Assembly: GCA_015233675.1 (NCBI GenBank)
Contig: JADFXH010000011.1
Location: forward strand, 526-64,525
DNA length: 64,000 nt
From: Candidatus Omnitrophota bacterium
GTDB taxonomy: Bacteria > Omnitrophota > Gorgyraeia > Zapsychrales > Fredricksoniimonadaceae
Reading direction: 5' to 3'
The notes beneath the pieces are model-generated. The model was given only the letters and a program-made list of their open reading frames with translations. It was not told the DNA's origin and ran no database searches. The first letter of the stretch is position 1; every line of letters begins with the position of its first letter. Both the position numbers and the translations under genes were made by a program. Below are positions 63,680-64,000 of this stretch, piece by piece.

Positions 63680-63756
63680 GGTGGGTGTAGCTCAGTTGGC
63701 AGAGCGCAAGAATGTGGCTCTTGAGGTCGCGGGTTCAAATCCCGTCACTCACCCCA
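63680..63756 (+). tRNA. tRNA-His (anticodon GTG) with G-1 and encoded CCA
   Basis: G-1 + GTGGGTG/CACTCAC, anticodon loop ATGTGGC, T-loop TTCAAAT, discriminator C, CCA at 63754-56. Confidence 0.9.
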
Positions 63757-64000
63757 GACTTGACGCTCAGTCGAAACGGAGGCGTCCGGTGCCAAAACCT
63801 CATCCTGACCTTGTGTCGGGGTGGGGTTTTCGGCTTTTAGGGGCAGTTGAGCGAGCGTTGTTGGTAGACATTCCGGCTGAATGTACATGTCGATCGCAAC
63901 CCTGTCGTCATCCACAACAACCTTGTGGATTAGCATCCGCAGAAGGCTTTTCTGGAGTTCTGGTGGGACGGTATCTATATATTGCATGATCAATTTGATA
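63745..64000 (-). CDS. 3' end of a putative site-specific recombinase; the gene starts beyond the window
   Basis: The frame is open to nt 64000. The tail ...PPELQKSLLRMLIHKVVVDDDRVAIDMYI resembles recombinase C-termini. Its stop abuts or overlaps the tRNA-His 3' end. Confidence 0.45.
   Translation of the reverse strand, partial: IKLIMQYIDTVPPELQKSLLRMLIHKVVVDDDRVAIDMYIQPECLPTTLAQLPLKAENPTPTQGQDEVLAPDASVSTERQVWGE

Noticed and set aside
63678-63989. 103-aa + strand ORF starting inside tRNA-His.
   Set aside because: It overlaps a well-folded tRNA and is antisense to the recombinase-like ORF. Its sequence is Arg/Pro-rich with no motifs.

Overview
This is a gene-dense chromosomal segment, mostly on the + strand, from a moderately AT-rich bacterium. 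The dispersed repeat families suggest an uncultivated lineage, but that is inference only. Reading left to right:

- **1-650:** 3' end of an Ig-like-repeat surface protein that looks frame-broken.
- **775-1449:** an orphan OmpR-type response regulator.
- **1593-6701:** a nitrite / nitrosative-stress cluster: Rrf2 regulator, cupin, hcp, hemerythrin, nrfH, nrfA.
- **6779-9611:** a Gld-like ABC transporter with a fused GldF/GldG-type subunit.
- **9911-14142:** prfC followed by two DEAD-box helicases.
- **14400-16200:** an AT-rich, repeat-laden stretch with a PilZ gene.
- **16200-18059:** two membrane proteins.
- **18224-20927:** a candidate c-di-GMP-I (GEMM-I) riboswitch with promoter and intrinsic terminator, upstream of a secreted tandem-repeat / FG-GAP propeller protein.
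- **21078-37599:** a ~16 kb signal-transduction island. It holds a MASE1 histidine kinase that needs a -1 shift at an A_AAA_AAG heptamer, three single-domain receivers, a heme-type sensor with no output domain, a 1506-aa hybrid kinase, and an 1809-aa CheB-CheR-PAS kinase.
- **37586-46030:** housekeeping genes (tag, an rRNA m5C methyltransferase, a minimal secretin, an amidase, murI, queD/C/E/F, rph, rdgB).
- **46011-51791 (- strand):** an AsmA/TamB-like protein, a polytopic membrane protein, and a Cys-rich orphan pilin.
- **51932-60016:** a PAS-GAF-GGDEF cyclase, a 1479-aa multi-domain orphan protein, and an acyltransferase-3/SGNH gene preceded by a tRNA-Pro 5' remnant.
- **60125-64000:** tRNA-Pro, ptsP, a lipoprotein, a cupin, tRNA-Arg, tRNA-His, and the 3' end of a putative recombinase running off the window.

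Two dispersed palindromic repeat families punctuate the intergenic regions. No CRISPR array, rRNA or complete insertion sequence was seen. All calls come from reading the sequence and from remembered family motifs; no searches or computations were run.
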